Shown: in pieces, positions 38,913-50,317 of the stretch
Layout: every line of letters starts with the position of its first letter
Position numbering within the stretch: position 1 is the stretch's first letter
Source of the DNA: a virus
IMG/VR virus record: IMGVR_UViG_3300025617_000006
Direction: 5' to 3' (one strand)
DNA: 64,000 nucleotides
Made by a program: the position numbers and the translations under genes
Notes under the pieces: model-generated
Databases searched by the model: none
The model's input: only the letters and a program-made list of their open reading frames with translations
Told to the model about the DNA's origin: nothing

Positions 38913-40982
38913 ATGGCATATACAATTAATTACACAGATATTACAAACAAAGGCAGTATTGTTATTGAAGACAATACAGTTGATACATCAACTTCGTTAA
39001 ACTTCCCAGGTAGGTTTACTACAGATTACGGAACACTAGTTGGACAAAACTTTTTACAACTATTAGAAAATTTTGCAAATAGTAATGCGCCAAGCAGACC
39101 AGTCGAAGGTCAACTATGGTATGATACAAATGTTGGTATCAACTTGCTTAAAGTGTACGATGGTACTAACTGGATTGAAGCAGGCGGATTAAAACGTGGA
39201 GAGTCGGCACCTGATGTTGCTAACTCAGTTGCAGGCGACCTCTGGGCTGATACTAACAATCAACAACTATATTTGTTTACTGGTTCTGGTTGGATCTTAG
39301 TAGGTCCTGAGTTTAGTGACGGATTAGCCGCTGGCGTTAGACCAACTACGTTAACCGGAACAGACAATGTAAACTATACTGTACTTAAAGTAGAAATTAG
39401 CGGAAAAATTCTAGCAGTTTATGCTACTAGTTCATTTACTCCTAAAGCAACACTACAAGGCTTTGCTTCAATTAGACCTGGATTTAATTTAAGTTCAATT
39501 GATGTAACAGGCAACGGCGTAGGAAAATACTTCGGTATTGCTGAAAAAGCAGAATCGTTAATCGTTGCTGGCGAAGCAACTCCAGTAAGTGCTGAAAACT
39601 TTTTAAGAGGCGATAAAGAGTCAATTTCAAATGTAGGATTAATTTTAAGAAATAACTCCGGAATCTCAATTGGTAGTGATGCTGTTGTTCAAGTAGGTAT
39701 TGAAGGACAGAATGCAATTATTTCAAATAACACATCAGGTGCAAACATTGATCTTCGTGTTAACAATGCAGGATCATTAAGGCCTGTACTTAGAATTGAC
39801 TCAACCGAAAAAGTCGGTATTAACAACTTATCACCTGCAGAAGCATTAGATGTAACAGGTAATGCAATTATTTCAAACAACTTTATTGTAAATGGCATTG
39901 CAGAATCAGTCAATATTGCAACAGGATCGATTACTACCAAAGGCGGTATTGGCGTTGCTAAGAGTGCAAGGATCGGTAACGAATTAGAAGTAGGAAGTAC
40001 TGCAACATTCGGCGGCGATATTGTTCCAGATACATCAAACAGCAGAAGCATTGGCTCGGCAAACTTTAAATTTGCTGAAATTAATGCAAACACAATTAGA
40101 GGTAATTTAATTGGTAACGTTACTGGTACAGTAACAGGCCGGTCGGGTAGTTCAGATAAACTTGCTTCGAGAACAACATTTCAAATTACAGGTGATGTAA
40201 CAGCACCAAACATTATTTTTGATGGTCAGTATACTGCCCCTGGCGAAACTACACTTGTAAAGACTTTAGATATTAGTGTTAACAGTACATTTATTACTAA
40301 CAAAGTAAGCGTTCCGAATTCAAGATTTGACGACGAATTATTAATAAACAGACTGAATGACGAAAACGGAAGCGGAACAGGTCTTAAAAAGATTTCAAGA
40401 AGTAACTTGTTTAGCGCATTGCCTGTCAACCCAATTGGAATGATTGTTCCATATGCTGGTGACGGAGACAATGTAGATAATTTAAATGGTTGGTTGTTAT
40501 GCGACGGAGCAGAAGTATTTGTTACGGATTGGCCAGAGTTATATCAGATCATTGGAACAAAATACAAAGCAAATCCAACATTAGGTAAATTTGCACTACC
40601 TGATTTACGTGGTAGATTCCCACTAGGACAAGACAACATGGGATCACAGCAAGGCGGAGCAAATAGAGTAACTGATGAAAATGCTGATACACTAGGCGGA
40701 AGTTCTGGATTTGAAAAGAAATTAATTGAAGTTGAAAATCTACCAGAACACGAACACGATCTTCGAGGACCAAGTGGAACACAATACTATGTAAATAGAG
40801 ATGTTCAAGGCGATCCGGCGGATGCAGATGCTACAGTAGCAGATGCTCCAACAGGAACAAATGCAGGTCAAAAGTTTCCGTTCTCAGGTGGTGTTGTGAG
40901 TAATACAGCAGTAGGGCAAGAGTTTGATATTATGAACCCGTATTTGGCTGTCAACTATCTAATTTATGCGGGGGCAAAATAA
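38913..40982 (+). CDS. tail fibre with C-terminal tail collar domain (gp12-like)
   Basis: Collar motif PIGMIVPYAG...GWLLCDG...FALPDLRGRFPLG...ENLPEHEH...PYLAVNYLIY. Confidence 0.85.
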   Translation: MAYTINYTDITNKGSIVIEDNTVDTSTSLNFPGRFTTDYGTLVGQNFLQLLENFANSNAPSRPVEGQLWYDTNVGINLLKVYDGTNWIEAGGLKRGESAPDVANSVAGDLWADTNNQQLYLFTGSGWILVGPEFSDGLAAGVRPTTLTGTDNVNYTVLKVEISGKILAVYATSSFTPKATLQGFASIRPGFNLSSIDVTGNGVGKYFGIAEKAESLIVAGEATPVSAENFLRGDKESISNVGLILRNNSGISIGSDAVVQVGIEGQNAIISNNTSGANIDLRVNNAGSLRPVLRIDSTEKVGINNLSPAEALDVTGNAIISNNFIVNGIAESVNIATGSITTKGGIGVAKSARIGNELEVGSTATFGGDIVPDTSNSRSIGSANFKFAEINANTIRGNLIGNVTGTVTGRSGSSDKLASRTTFQITGDVTAPNIIFDGQYTAPGETTLVKTLDISVNSTFITNKVSVPNSRFDDELLINRLNDENGSGTGLKKISRSNLFSALPVNPIGMIVPYAGDGDNVDNLNGWLLCDGAEVFVTDWPELYQIIGTKYKANPTLGKFALPDLRGRFPLGQDNMGSQQGGANRVTDENADTLGGSSGFEKKLIEVENLPEHEHDLRGPSGTQYYVNRDVQGDPADADATVADAPTGTNAGQKFPFSGGVVSNTAVGQEFDIMNPYLAVNYLIYAGAK

Positions 40983-43081
40983 TGGCGTATCAGATTAACA
41001 AAACTAACGGTGATTTACTAGTAGAACTAGTAGACGGGCAACTTAATGTTCAAACAACAGACATTTCGTTAATTGGTCGTAACTACTCAGGTTTTGGCGA
41101 ATCTATTAACGAAAACTTTGTTAAAATGTTGGAAAACTTTACCAACACACAGGCACCTGCAAATCCGTTAACAGGACAACTTTGGTATGACAGTGGTGAG
41201 TCTAGATTAAAACTTTATGACGGCGCACAATTTAAAAGTGCAGGCGGTCCAATTGTTAGTCCTACTCAACCGCAGATGGTTGCAGGCGATTTATGGATTG
41301 ATAATAGAGATAACAAGTTATACTTCTTTGACGGAACTGATTTAGTTTTAGTTGGACCAGAATATTCAACTTCTGAAGGAACAAGTGGATTTACAACAGA
41401 AACTGTTTTAGATAATACACAAAATAATAGAACACTTGTTAATTTAAATATTGGCGGCCAAAAGCAAGCAATACTTTCTAACATTAGATTTACACCCGAT
41501 GTAAGTAATCCGATTAACGGTATTACTGGTGCTGTTGAAAAAGGTATTAATGTTCTAGATGAAACGTTTAAATTTCACGGCACTGCAACGTCGGCAGATA
41601 CTATTATTAATGCTCAGGGCATTAAAAAGAACGCATCGCAGTTCTTACCAACAGATGCTAATGGTGTAACTAACGGAACTATTACTACTATTAATAATGG
41701 CGGTATTACAGTAGGACCAGAAGATAACATTAGTATTAAAATTGAAAATAGTGCATCTGTAATTGGTAATGCTGTTAGAGACCGAAACTTAGATATTCAA
41801 GTTAGAAAAACAACAGGTACTGTAAGTGCTATTAAAGTTGACACGGCAAATTCTTATATAGGTATTTTCCGACCAACGCCAACTGCAACACTTGACGTTA
41901 ACGGTGATGTTAAAATTGCAGGTAACTTAACAGTTAGTGGAGACACATTAGCAACTGATGTTCAAAACTTAAGAATACTAGATAAGAATATCGAACTTGC
42001 TATTAGTTCTGATAGTACGCTATTGCCCGATGCTGATGTTAATGATGCAGGAATTATTATTAAATCGTCACCTAACGATAAAGAATTTTTATGGAAGCAG
42101 GCTACAAATGCATTTACTACTAATGTGTTTTATGACTCAGTACAAGGATATAAAGTAAACGGTAATACGGTACTTTCAGGAAGCACATTAAATTATATTA
42201 CAAGTGCTCCACAGTTGCAAACAGTTGGAACACTCACTGAATTTGCTGTTGATAATGTTAGCATTGACGGAAACTTAATCACTACAACAATTGATCCGTT
42301 ACAGTTATCGAGTTATACCGATGCTATTGAAATTTTAGATAGCAAACGTATTTCAGGATTAGGAACACCAACAGGCAATAGCGATGCGGCAACTAAATTG
42401 TATGTTGATAATGCGATTGATAATGAAGGTGTTGCACTATCAATTGATATTACAGGATTAGGATATATTCCGGCACAAGGCGGCGGCTCGACATTTGCAG
42501 CCAGTCTTTTAACTTTACTTGAAGAAATTGTTCCAGCAAATTCTAAAACGAACGGTGTACAAGCAAAAATACACGCAACTGATCAAACGTCTGCATCGGC
42601 TACATTTACTGCTAGTGACTTTAACAATGCAGTTGAAGAAAGTACAGTAAGCGTTGACCACACAATTACAGCAAGTTCAAATCTTATTACTGGAATTGTA
42701 AAAGGATCGTCGACTAGAATTACAACGAACGGTGTACACAAATACACTGAAGGCAAGCAGATTGACATTACAGGTGCAACAGTAAACAGCGGAACAGCAA
42801 TGCCGACATTGACTGGAACATTTACAGTTGAAGAAATTCATAGCACAACAGAAGCAACAATATCAGCAGATACTAGTACAGAAGCAGGAACTTATGATGC
42901 TAGTTCTGCAACAGCAACAAGAGTGGCTGAAGTAGGAAATGAAAACGAGAGTGTAGTAAAAGATATTACATTCTCAGATGTAACAGGTACAGTAAGTCTA
43001 ACAGTTAATAGATATGTTATTACTTGTACCGTAAATGGCGGGGCTTGGACTTATACTAGCGGAGCAAGTTCTGCGGTATAA
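40982..43081 (+). CDS. tail fibre protein (paralog)
   Basis: Shares the N-terminal MAY.IN..ENF..GQLWYD..GDLW module; beta-rich shaft. Confidence 0.7.
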   Translation: MAYQINKTNGDLLVELVDGQLNVQTTDISLIGRNYSGFGESINENFVKMLENFTNTQAPANPLTGQLWYDSGESRLKLYDGAQFKSAGGPIVSPTQPQMVAGDLWIDNRDNKLYFFDGTDLVLVGPEYSTSEGTSGFTTETVLDNTQNNRTLVNLNIGGQKQAILSNIRFTPDVSNPINGITGAVEKGINVLDETFKFHGTATSADTIINAQGIKKNASQFLPTDANGVTNGTITTINNGGITVGPEDNISIKIENSASVIGNAVRDRNLDIQVRKTTGTVSAIKVDTANSYIGIFRPTPTATLDVNGDVKIAGNLTVSGDTLATDVQNLRILDKNIELAISSDSTLLPDADVNDAGIIIKSSPNDKEFLWKQATNAFTTNVFYDSVQGYKVNGNTVLSGSTLNYITSAPQLQTVGTLTEFAVDNVSIDGNLITTTIDPLQLSSYTDAIEILDSKRISGLGTPTGNSDAATKLYVDNAIDNEGVALSIDITGLGYIPAQGGGSTFAASLLTLLEEIVPANSKTNGVQAKIHATDQTSASATFTASDFNNAVEESTVSVDHTITASSNLITGIVKGSSTRITTNGVHKYTEGKQIDITGATVNSGTAMPTLTGTFTVEEIHSTTEATISADTSTEAGTYDASSATATRVAEVGNENESVVKDITFSDVTGTVSLTVNRYVITCTVNGGAWTYTSGASSAV

Positions 43082-43114
43082 CGATAAATATAAGTAATAA
43101 AGGGGTTATTAACT

Positions 43115-44593
43115 ATGGCATATATTATTAATAAAACTGATGGTTCACAGATTTCAGTAGTTGAAGACGGTACAGTCGATCAAACTACTAGTCTTAAACT
43201 TGTTGGTAAGAACTATGCTGGTTATGGTGAAATTCAAAACGAAAACTTTGTACACTTACTAGAAAACTTTAGTAGTGCAAATTCACCATCCAGAGCAATT
43301 CAAGGTCAAATTTGGTTTGACAGCGGAACAAGCAAACTAAAGTTTTATGACGGTACAAAATTTAGAACCACTGGCGGTGCAGAAGTAAGTACTACTCAAC
43401 CATCAGGGTTAACAGAAGGCGACTTTTGGTGGGATAATGCAAACAACCAGTTGTATGCAAACACCGGAACAGGGTTTATTTTAATTGGACCACAGTCGCA
43501 AGGTGATACGCTTACATCTTGGCTTACTGAAACTGTTAGAGATATTTCGCAAACACAGCGTACAGTTATTAAAGGTACAGTTAACGATGAAGTAGTTAGT
43601 GTACTAAGTGCATCAGATTTTACAATTGATTCCAGTGACCCCGACAATGCCATCACAGGTTTTGATGTTATCCATAGAGGTATTACCCTTAAAAATACAA
43701 CAAACGCACAACAAGGTGTTACATCTACTCCACATAGATTCTGGGGTACAGCAACTAACTCCGATAAACTTGGTGGAAGATCAGCAAGTGAATACGTTGT
43801 TAGTGTAGCGGGTCAAGAAAGTTCGTTTGCAGAAATTGTAAGACTTTCAGATTCAGGAATTACAGTTGGCGCTTCAAATGATTTGCGTATTGCAATTGAA
43901 AATGATAACCAAGGTGTTATTTCAAATGAAGTAGGTACAGTAATTAGATTTAAAGTTGACAACGATCAAGCACAGTCAACTGAACCAGTACAAATTAAAG
44001 CAGAAGGTTTATTACCGGGCGCAACTAATACATATAATATTGGTAACGCAAATAATAAATGGGCTTCAATGTATGCTACTACGTTCAACGGTACAGCAAC
44101 TACAGCAAACGCAATGGTAGTTGGACAAAATAATAGAACAGCAAGCACGTCAGCAACATCAGATACTGTTGCAGTTAGAGACGGAAGCGGCAACTTGTCA
44201 GCAAACCTTTTCCAAGGTACTGCAACAGAAGCACGTTATGCTGACTTAGCAGAAAAATATACTACAGACGACGATTATGCAACAGGTACAGTAATGGCTG
44301 TTAGCGCCGATGACGATGCAGAAACTACTTACTGCGACATTGACGGAATGCCAATTGGTGTTATCTCAGCAAAGCCTGCACTTTTGATGAATGCAGAAGC
44401 AGACGGCCAAGCAATTGCACTTAAAGGTCGAGTTCCTTTAAGAGTAGTAGGACCAGTTAACAAAGGTGATAAACTTTATGTCGGAGCAGATGGTACAGCA
44501 CAAAAAGCAAATGAAGGCGAACTTGTAGGTGTAGCACTTGAATCAAACGATAGACATGAAGAAAAATTAGTTGAAGTAGTGTTAAAGGTATAA
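43115..44593 (+). CDS. tail fibre protein with C-terminal peptidase-G2/intramolecular chaperone-like domain
   Basis: Same N-terminal module; C-terminal ARYADLAEKY...GVIS.KPA.LMN...IALKGRVP.RV.G.V.KGD.L; late promoter at 43085-43090. Confidence 0.7.
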   Translation: MAYIINKTDGSQISVVEDGTVDQTTSLKLVGKNYAGYGEIQNENFVHLLENFSSANSPSRAIQGQIWFDSGTSKLKFYDGTKFRTTGGAEVSTTQPSGLTEGDFWWDNANNQLYANTGTGFILIGPQSQGDTLTSWLTETVRDISQTQRTVIKGTVNDEVVSVLSASDFTIDSSDPDNAITGFDVIHRGITLKNTTNAQQGVTSTPHRFWGTATNSDKLGGRSASEYVVSVAGQESSFAEIVRLSDSGITVGASNDLRIAIENDNQGVISNEVGTVIRFKVDNDQAQSTEPVQIKAEGLLPGATNTYNIGNANNKWASMYATTFNGTATTANAMVVGQNNRTASTSATSDTVAVRDGSGNLSANLFQGTATEARYADLAEKYTTDDDYATGTVMAVSADDDAETTYCDIDGMPIGVISAKPALLMNAEADGQAIALKGRVPLRVVGPVNKGDKLYVGADGTAQKANEGELVGVALESNDRHEEKLVEVVLKV

Positions 44594-44603
44594 AGGAAGT
44601 CAA

Positions 44604-45497
44604 ATGTCAGTAATTACAGCGGCGCGATACAATAACCTACAAGCCAAGGTTGCAAATATTTTAGGTAACGGAAGCGGAACTTCGGGATACGGACAAACAT
44701 TAGAAAGTGCCCAAGTATCTGCAGATACATTAATTGATTCACAACATATGGCAGACTTGTATACAGACATGGTCGCCGCAAGAGTTCACCAAGTAGGTAG
44801 TGTTCCACAATCAGTATCAACTGTTTCCGCAGGTAATATTATCGAGGAAGATAGCGACGATACTGGTACTGGTCGCGGCATTCTTCAGTACGAAGACCTT
44901 GCTGACACAATTGAAACCGACAAAGACTTAATTTATATTGCTAACACATCACAAAGTACAATTACTACAAGTAAGGTTGCAAGTACTAGGACTGCGTCAT
45001 GGGGCGGCACAGTTGACCATGTAGCAACAGTAACTTTTGCTTCAGCAGATGCACGTAGACACTTTTTTAATGCAGGCGGCGAAATTAGATTCACTGCTGA
45101 CTTAGATCCGGGCGGGTCAACTGGTAAGAACAATGATTGGAACAACTTACTATCACAGATGGGTGTAGTTAAGTTTAAGTCTTCCACCACCACATCAGAC
45201 GGAAGTTCACCAGGAACATCATTTAATATTGGTAATTTTGACTTAACTTCTTCAAATCAAATGATTTTTAGAAAAGACGGAAGCGGAACATATTCTGAAA
45301 ACGATTATAACATTAATGCAAGAGAACTTAACACTACTTCAATTGAATTCACTATTCAGTTTAGAGATGACGACAATAACCCATGGGATCCAAACGTAGA
45401 AGGCACACTTGAAAGTGTTCTTGGCGAAAGATTGCCAACAGGGTCGTATGTTGCATTAACATCGCCTATCTTTGCAACCACAAATAACTTAGCCTAA
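44604..45497 (+). CDS. virion structural protein (hypothetical)
   Basis: ITAARYNNL, GYGQ and ARRHFFNAGGEIRF; Thr/Ser-rich beta protein ending the tail operon. Confidence 0.55.
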   Translation: MSVITAARYNNLQAKVANILGNGSGTSGYGQTLESAQVSADTLIDSQHMADLYTDMVAARVHQVGSVPQSVSTVSAGNIIEEDSDDTGTGRGILQYEDLADTIETDKDLIYIANTSQSTITTSKVASTRTASWGGTVDHVATVTFASADARRHFFNAGGEIRFTADLDPGGSTGKNNDWNNLLSQMGVVKFKSSTTTSDGSSPGTSFNIGNFDLTSSNQMIFRKDGSGTYSENDYNINARELNTTSIEFTIQFRDDDNNPWDPNVEGTLESVLGERLPTGSYVALTSPIFATTNNLA

Positions 45498-45521
45498 TAC
45501 TCCTTCATAGTAAATACTACT

Positions 45522-45866
45522 ATGGACGAGAAACTATCTAAAGCCCTAGAGTTTGGAAACTATTCTGCAACTCTCGATAATCAAAAGCGTATGCTACACG
45601 AAAAATTTGTAACTGATACGCTTTACTTTGTATCAGGCGGACAATTTACTATCAATAAAGAACTTATTAACTATTGCCAGACATTAGTTAGTAATGACCA
45701 ATCCACTGTAATTCTATTAGACGATAACGGTATTCCTATTGAGATATCTGATGTACAAGAGTTTCAAACAGAAATTCTCGATAAGCATTTTACAGCACTA
45801 AATGAATTGTATACTGAATACAAAAAATTAGAGAAAAGCAGGTCAGTTGACGGTTTAGTTGAATGA
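45522..45866 (+). CDS. hypothetical protein (possible fibre assembly chaperone)
   Basis: 114 aa; TAAATA 5 nt upstream of the ATG. Confidence 0.6.
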   Translation: MDEKLSKALEFGNYSATLDNQKRMLHEKFVTDTLYFVSGGQFTINKELINYCQTLVSNDQSTVILLDDNGIPIEISDVQEFQTEILDKHFTALNELYTEYKKLEKSRSVDGLVE

Positions 45867-46699
45867 CAAACGGTGTACTATTATTTGCATATAACAACGA
45901 ACAAATAGATTATGTTGCGCAAGCATGTTATCTATCAAATCGTATTTTGCAGTATATGGGATTACCAACTACATTAGTTACTGATGATGTAGCAAGGGTT
46001 AGAGAACACTATAACGGTGATGAAATTTTTGATAATATTATTGAAGTTTCGTCTGAACTTCATAACAAGAAACGATATAATGACGGTGCGTTGTCTGAAA
46101 AGGTTTTAGATTTTAAAAACTTCAATAGAGACAATGCATATGCAGTGTCTCCTTACGACAACACTCTTGTATTAGACACTGATTATATTATATCTAACGA
46201 TATGTTATTAAATTGTTTCAATAGTAAACACGATTTAATGATGTATACGAGTAGTAATGATATTTCAGGCTGGAGAGATACTAGTGAATTTAGTTTAATA
46301 AGCGAAACAAGTATTAAGTTTTATTGGGCAACATGTGTATTTTTTAAGAAGACCGAATCAAATAAAATTTTCTTTAATCTAATTACACACATTAAAGAAA
46401 ATTATGAACATTATCGAAATCTTTATCAGATAACAACCAAAGTTTTTAGAAATGATTTTGCATTTAGTATTGCAGTTCATATTATGTCAGGGTATACTGA
46501 TAATTTTGTTGCAGAATTACCAGGTAATATGATTTACAGTACATCAAAGGATATATTAGAAAATATTAAAGATAATGAATTAACATTTCTTGTTGAAAAA
46601 GAAAATAGAGTAGGAGAATATACTTTATTAAAATCAACAGGCTTAAATGTACATGTTATGAATAAGTTTAGTTTAGGAAGGAAAATAGCCAATGCCTAA
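45863..46699 (+). CDS. GT-A fold glycosyltransferase (GT8/GT71-like)
   Basis: GVLLFAY, SPYDNTLVLDTD (DxD motif) and RNDFAFSIA. Confidence 0.7.
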   Translation: MTNGVLLFAYNNEQIDYVAQACYLSNRILQYMGLPTTLVTDDVARVREHYNGDEIFDNIIEVSSELHNKKRYNDGALSEKVLDFKNFNRDNAYAVSPYDNTLVLDTDYIISNDMLLNCFNSKHDLMMYTSSNDISGWRDTSEFSLISETSIKFYWATCVFFKKTESNKIFFNLITHIKENYEHYRNLYQITTKVFRNDFAFSIAVHIMSGYTDNFVAELPGNMIYSTSKDILENIKDNELTFLVEKENRVGEYTLLKSTGLNVHVMNKFSLGRKIANA

Positions 46700-47513
46700 C
46701 TTTACATTTCTTGCACAAAATAATGAAGACAATTATGTACGTCAGGCAGAGTTATTAGCCAAGAGTATACGGTTAACAAACCCTAATAGTAAGATTTGTT
46801 TAATCACTAATGACAACGTAGAACATAAAGAGTTATTTGATGACATTGTACCTATACCATGGGAAGATAAAGCAGACGAACATAAATGGAAAGTGCAAAA
46901 CAGATGGAAAATTTATCACGCATGTCCATATGAAAACACATTTGTATTAGATACTGATATGTTAGTAATGCATGATTTAACATACTGGTGGAAATTAATG
47001 CAAAATTATGAAGTGTTTTATACAACTAATGTTACAGATTATAAACAATGTAAACCCGATGTAACATATTATAGAAAAATGTTTATTGAAAATAAATTAC
47101 CTAATACATATGTAGCATTACATTATTTTAAGAAGTCAGATTTTGCAAAAGAATTTTATACTTGCTTGGAAGAAGTAATGAAACATTGGGAATACTATTA
47201 TAAAAAATATGCTCCCAAGCGTATGCAAAAATTTTTAAGTGTTGATGTTTGTACAGCAATTGTTATGCGTGTATTAGATGTAGAACACAAAGTAACTAAT
47301 GCAGTAGCACCGTTTCCTAATTTTGTGCATATGAAACCGTATGCACAAACATGGAAAACGCAAACAGAAAAATGGCAAGACAGGATTACTTGCTTTGTAG
47401 ACGATAACAACCAACTAAAGGTAGGCGGCTATTTACAAAAAACAGTATTTCATTATACTGAAAAGGATTTTACAGATAAATTTTACAATAGATTTTTTAA
47501 GGAAGAACAATGA
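46692..47513 (+). CDS. GT-A fold glycosyltransferase (GT8-like), paralog of the preceding gene
   Basis: LLAKSIR, CPYENTFVLDTDM (DxD motif) and FVHMK. Confidence 0.7.
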   Translation: MPNFTFLAQNNEDNYVRQAELLAKSIRLTNPNSKICLITNDNVEHKELFDDIVPIPWEDKADEHKWKVQNRWKIYHACPYENTFVLDTDMLVMHDLTYWWKLMQNYEVFYTTNVTDYKQCKPDVTYYRKMFIENKLPNTYVALHYFKKSDFAKEFYTCLEEVMKHWEYYYKKYAPKRMQKFLSVDVCTAIVMRVLDVEHKVTNAVAPFPNFVHMKPYAQTWKTQTEKWQDRITCFVDDNNQLKVGGYLQKTVFHYTEKDFTDKFYNRFFKEEQ

Positions 47514-48082
47514 AGTATTGGACAGAAGTTCCATTAGAGGCCGACGCAACGTATGTAGACTTTGATTTGGATACAGGGATTGTTAAAACTATAGGATCTC
47601 AAAAAACTTCAGAACATAGTATTCAAGTTGAGTACAATAGTGTAAAAGATTTGGTTGATGGTAAGGTGTATTTTAAACATTACCGTGTGCAATTTAATCC
47701 GACAACAACAATGTATGAACTTGTTAACAAACACGACGAATTATCGTTTCAGTATAATGTTAACCACAGTTTATATTGTGTACCTAAAACAAGTAAAGCA
47801 GACATAATGCTAGTTAAAGATTATAAAAGCCAAAAGTGGAAAATAAGATACGGCAATGTATTTTCAAAAACGCTAGAAGAAAACAGTGTTACACTACAGA
47901 CGATCAAACATTTTAGTATAGCAAAGAAAAACGATCCTTATATATTATATCGTACACTGAGTTTCAATTTAGCATCTCTAGACTTATGTATAGACTTTAA
48001 TCACACTGATGCTATAACACTTGAATACGATGTATATACAAGTAAACTTTTTAATAGTTATGGAGTAGTAGTAAATGATTAA
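47510..48082 (+). CDS. hypothetical protein
   Basis: 190 aa, translationally coupled within the operon. Confidence 0.65.
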   Translation: MKYWTEVPLEADATYVDFDLDTGIVKTIGSQKTSEHSIQVEYNSVKDLVDGKVYFKHYRVQFNPTTTMYELVNKHDELSFQYNVNHSLYCVPKTSKADIMLVKDYKSQKWKIRYGNVFSKTLEENSVTLQTIKHFSIAKKNDPYILYRTLSFNLASLDLCIDFNHTDAITLEYDVYTSKLFNSYGVVVND

Positions 48083-48956
48083 AGTCCAAGATGTTGATAT
48101 AATCTTTTTAAGTTATGACGAACCTAATGCTGAAGAAAACTGGGCAGACTTAAAACGTAAAGTTCCGTGGGCCAAACGTGTACACGGTGTTGAAGGATCA
48201 GATGCGGCACATAAAGCATGTGCTGATTTGTCAGATACAAAACATTTTGTTACAGTTGACGGCGATACTATTATTGATCCTAAATTTATTGAAGTTGTTG
48301 TAGATACCGATGCTCTTGGAATTACAGACGATCATCAAATAAGTTGGTGTGGAAAAATTGATGTCAACGGATTAATGTATGGTAATGGCAGTTTAAAAAT
48401 GTGGACTAAAGATTTTGTTAAAGATATGCGTACACACGAAAACACTGATGGCAATGACGAAACAAGTATTGAATTTTGCTATTTCGACAATTACTATCAA
48501 CTTAACGAAAACTATTCAACAAGTATTATAAGTGCAACTCCGCAACAAGCATGGCGTGCTGGGTTCCGTGAAGGTGTTAAAATGTCGTTAGACAGGGGCG
48601 CACCAGTAGACGATTTAAATTCTCTATGGTGGCAAAACAAGCACAGACTTTACATTTGGCAAATGGTAGGATGTGATATTCCAAATGGCATTTGGGCAGT
48701 GTATGGTGCAAGGCTTGGTACTTACATGAATATGCTTAGTGATTGGGATCATACACAAACACGAGATTTTACATATCTAAATAGTTTATGGGAAGAACAT
48801 AAAGATGTAAAAGTATCTGAAGAATGTAAGGAATTGGGTAAATTATTAATTAATGAATTAGACTTACCAATTGCAGTTGTTCCGTTTGATAAATTACAAA
48901 GTGAATTTTTTAAGGAAGTATATATTAATAGCGATAGAGTAATTAGACGTAAATGA
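48075..48956 (+). CDS. GT2-like glycosyltransferase
   Basis: DIIFLSYDEP, FVTVDGD (DxD motif) and AWRAGFRE. Confidence 0.65.
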   Translation: MIKVQDVDIIFLSYDEPNAEENWADLKRKVPWAKRVHGVEGSDAAHKACADLSDTKHFVTVDGDTIIDPKFIEVVVDTDALGITDDHQISWCGKIDVNGLMYGNGSLKMWTKDFVKDMRTHENTDGNDETSIEFCYFDNYYQLNENYSTSIISATPQQAWRAGFREGVKMSLDRGAPVDDLNSLWWQNKHRLYIWQMVGCDIPNGIWAVYGARLGTYMNMLSDWDHTQTRDFTYLNSLWEEHKDVKVSEECKELGKLLINELDLPIAVVPFDKLQSEFFKEVYINSDRVIRRK

Positions 48957-50317
48957 GCGAAGTAGATCGAATAAAAGAAATCATGCCGGAGATTGATGCT
49001 ATTAGTCCAACATTCTGTCTGGCTAAATGGCATCATGTTACTATCTATTTGCAAACAGGAGAAACACACAGTTGTTATCATCCTGCACCGCATAAAATTC
49101 CACTTGAAGGATTGAGTAGTAATCCGAGCCAACTACATAATACTCCGCAGAAGAAGCAAGAGCGTAAGCAAATGCTAGCCGGTGAAAAGCCAAATGGCTG
49201 TCAGTATTGTTGGAATATTGAATGCATGGGCAAAGACTATGTAAGTGATAGACATATTAAAACAGCAAGTATTCATACACCTGAGCGCATAGAGGAAATT
49301 AAAAGTAATCCTTGGGACTATAATATTAATCCGGAATATATCGAAGTAAATTTTAGTAATGAATGCAACTTTAAATGTGGATATTGTCATCCGAAGTTTA
49401 GTAGTAGGTATTTTAACGAAATTAAAAAACATGGTCCGTATAGTAATAGTACAGCCCATCGAAACGATATTGATTATTTTGAATTGTTTGAAGAAGATAG
49501 TAACCCATATGTCGAAGCATGGTGGAACTGGTGGCCTGACGTAAGTAAAACTCTTAATATTTTACGAGTTACCGGCGGCGAACCATTAATGCACAAAAGT
49601 ACATGGAGGTTATTTGAAGAACTTAAACAAAATCCTAAACCCCATCTTAATATTGAACTGAATAGTAACATGGGTGTAAAACCAGCACTAGTAGAAAAAT
49701 TAACTCAAAAAGTTAAAGAGTTACGCGAAGCGAACTGCATTGCTAGTTTTAAATTATATACTAGCATCGATACTTGGGGAGAACGTGCTGAGTACACTCG
49801 CACAGGTTTGGATATTAAGTTATGGGAAAGTAATTTAGATTATTATCTTTCTAATACCCCGTGGCCTGTAACATTTATGGTTACATATAACTTATTTGCG
49901 GTTACTAGTTTTAAAATGTTATTAGAAAAGATTCTCGAATGGCGCAAAAAATATAATAACGACAACCAGTCTAAGTGGCAACGTATCCGATTTGATACAC
50001 CTTACTTAACTGAGCCGATTCAATTTGATATGAACATTCTACCTAAGGACTTTGCAGTGCATTTAGAAAGCCAATTAGAATATATTAAATCCAACCTTGA
50101 CAATGCTGACCGTAATAAGTTTAGTGATTTAGAATATGAGCGTTTGCGCAGGGTTGTTGATTATTTTAAAAATACAGAGTATGATGTAAAAAAATTAACA
50201 AACGGACGTAAAAACTTTTATACTTGGTTTAGCGAATATGACAAGCGCAGGAACACTAGCCTTGTAAAAACATTTCCTGAATTAGAACAGTTTTATAAAA
50301 CTTGCTCATTATTATAA
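48953..50317 (+). CDS. radical SAM protein with N-terminal twitch-type Cys domain
   Basis: CNFKCGYC and TGGEP; N-terminal FCLAKW..SCYH..CQYC. Confidence 0.9.
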   Translation: MSEVDRIKEIMPEIDAISPTFCLAKWHHVTIYLQTGETHSCYHPAPHKIPLEGLSSNPSQLHNTPQKKQERKQMLAGEKPNGCQYCWNIECMGKDYVSDRHIKTASIHTPERIEEIKSNPWDYNINPEYIEVNFSNECNFKCGYCHPKFSSRYFNEIKKHGPYSNSTAHRNDIDYFELFEEDSNPYVEAWWNWWPDVSKTLNILRVTGGEPLMHKSTWRLFEELKQNPKPHLNIELNSNMGVKPALVEKLTQKVKELREANCIASFKLYTSIDTWGERAEYTRTGLDIKLWESNLDYYLSNTPWPVTFMVTYNLFAVTSFKMLLEKILEWRKKYNNDNQSKWQRIRFDTPYLTEPIQFDMNILPKDFAVHLESQLEYIKSNLDNADRNKFSDLEYERLRRVVDYFKNTEYDVKKLTNGRKNFYTWFSEYDKRRNTSLVKTFPELEQFYKTCSLL

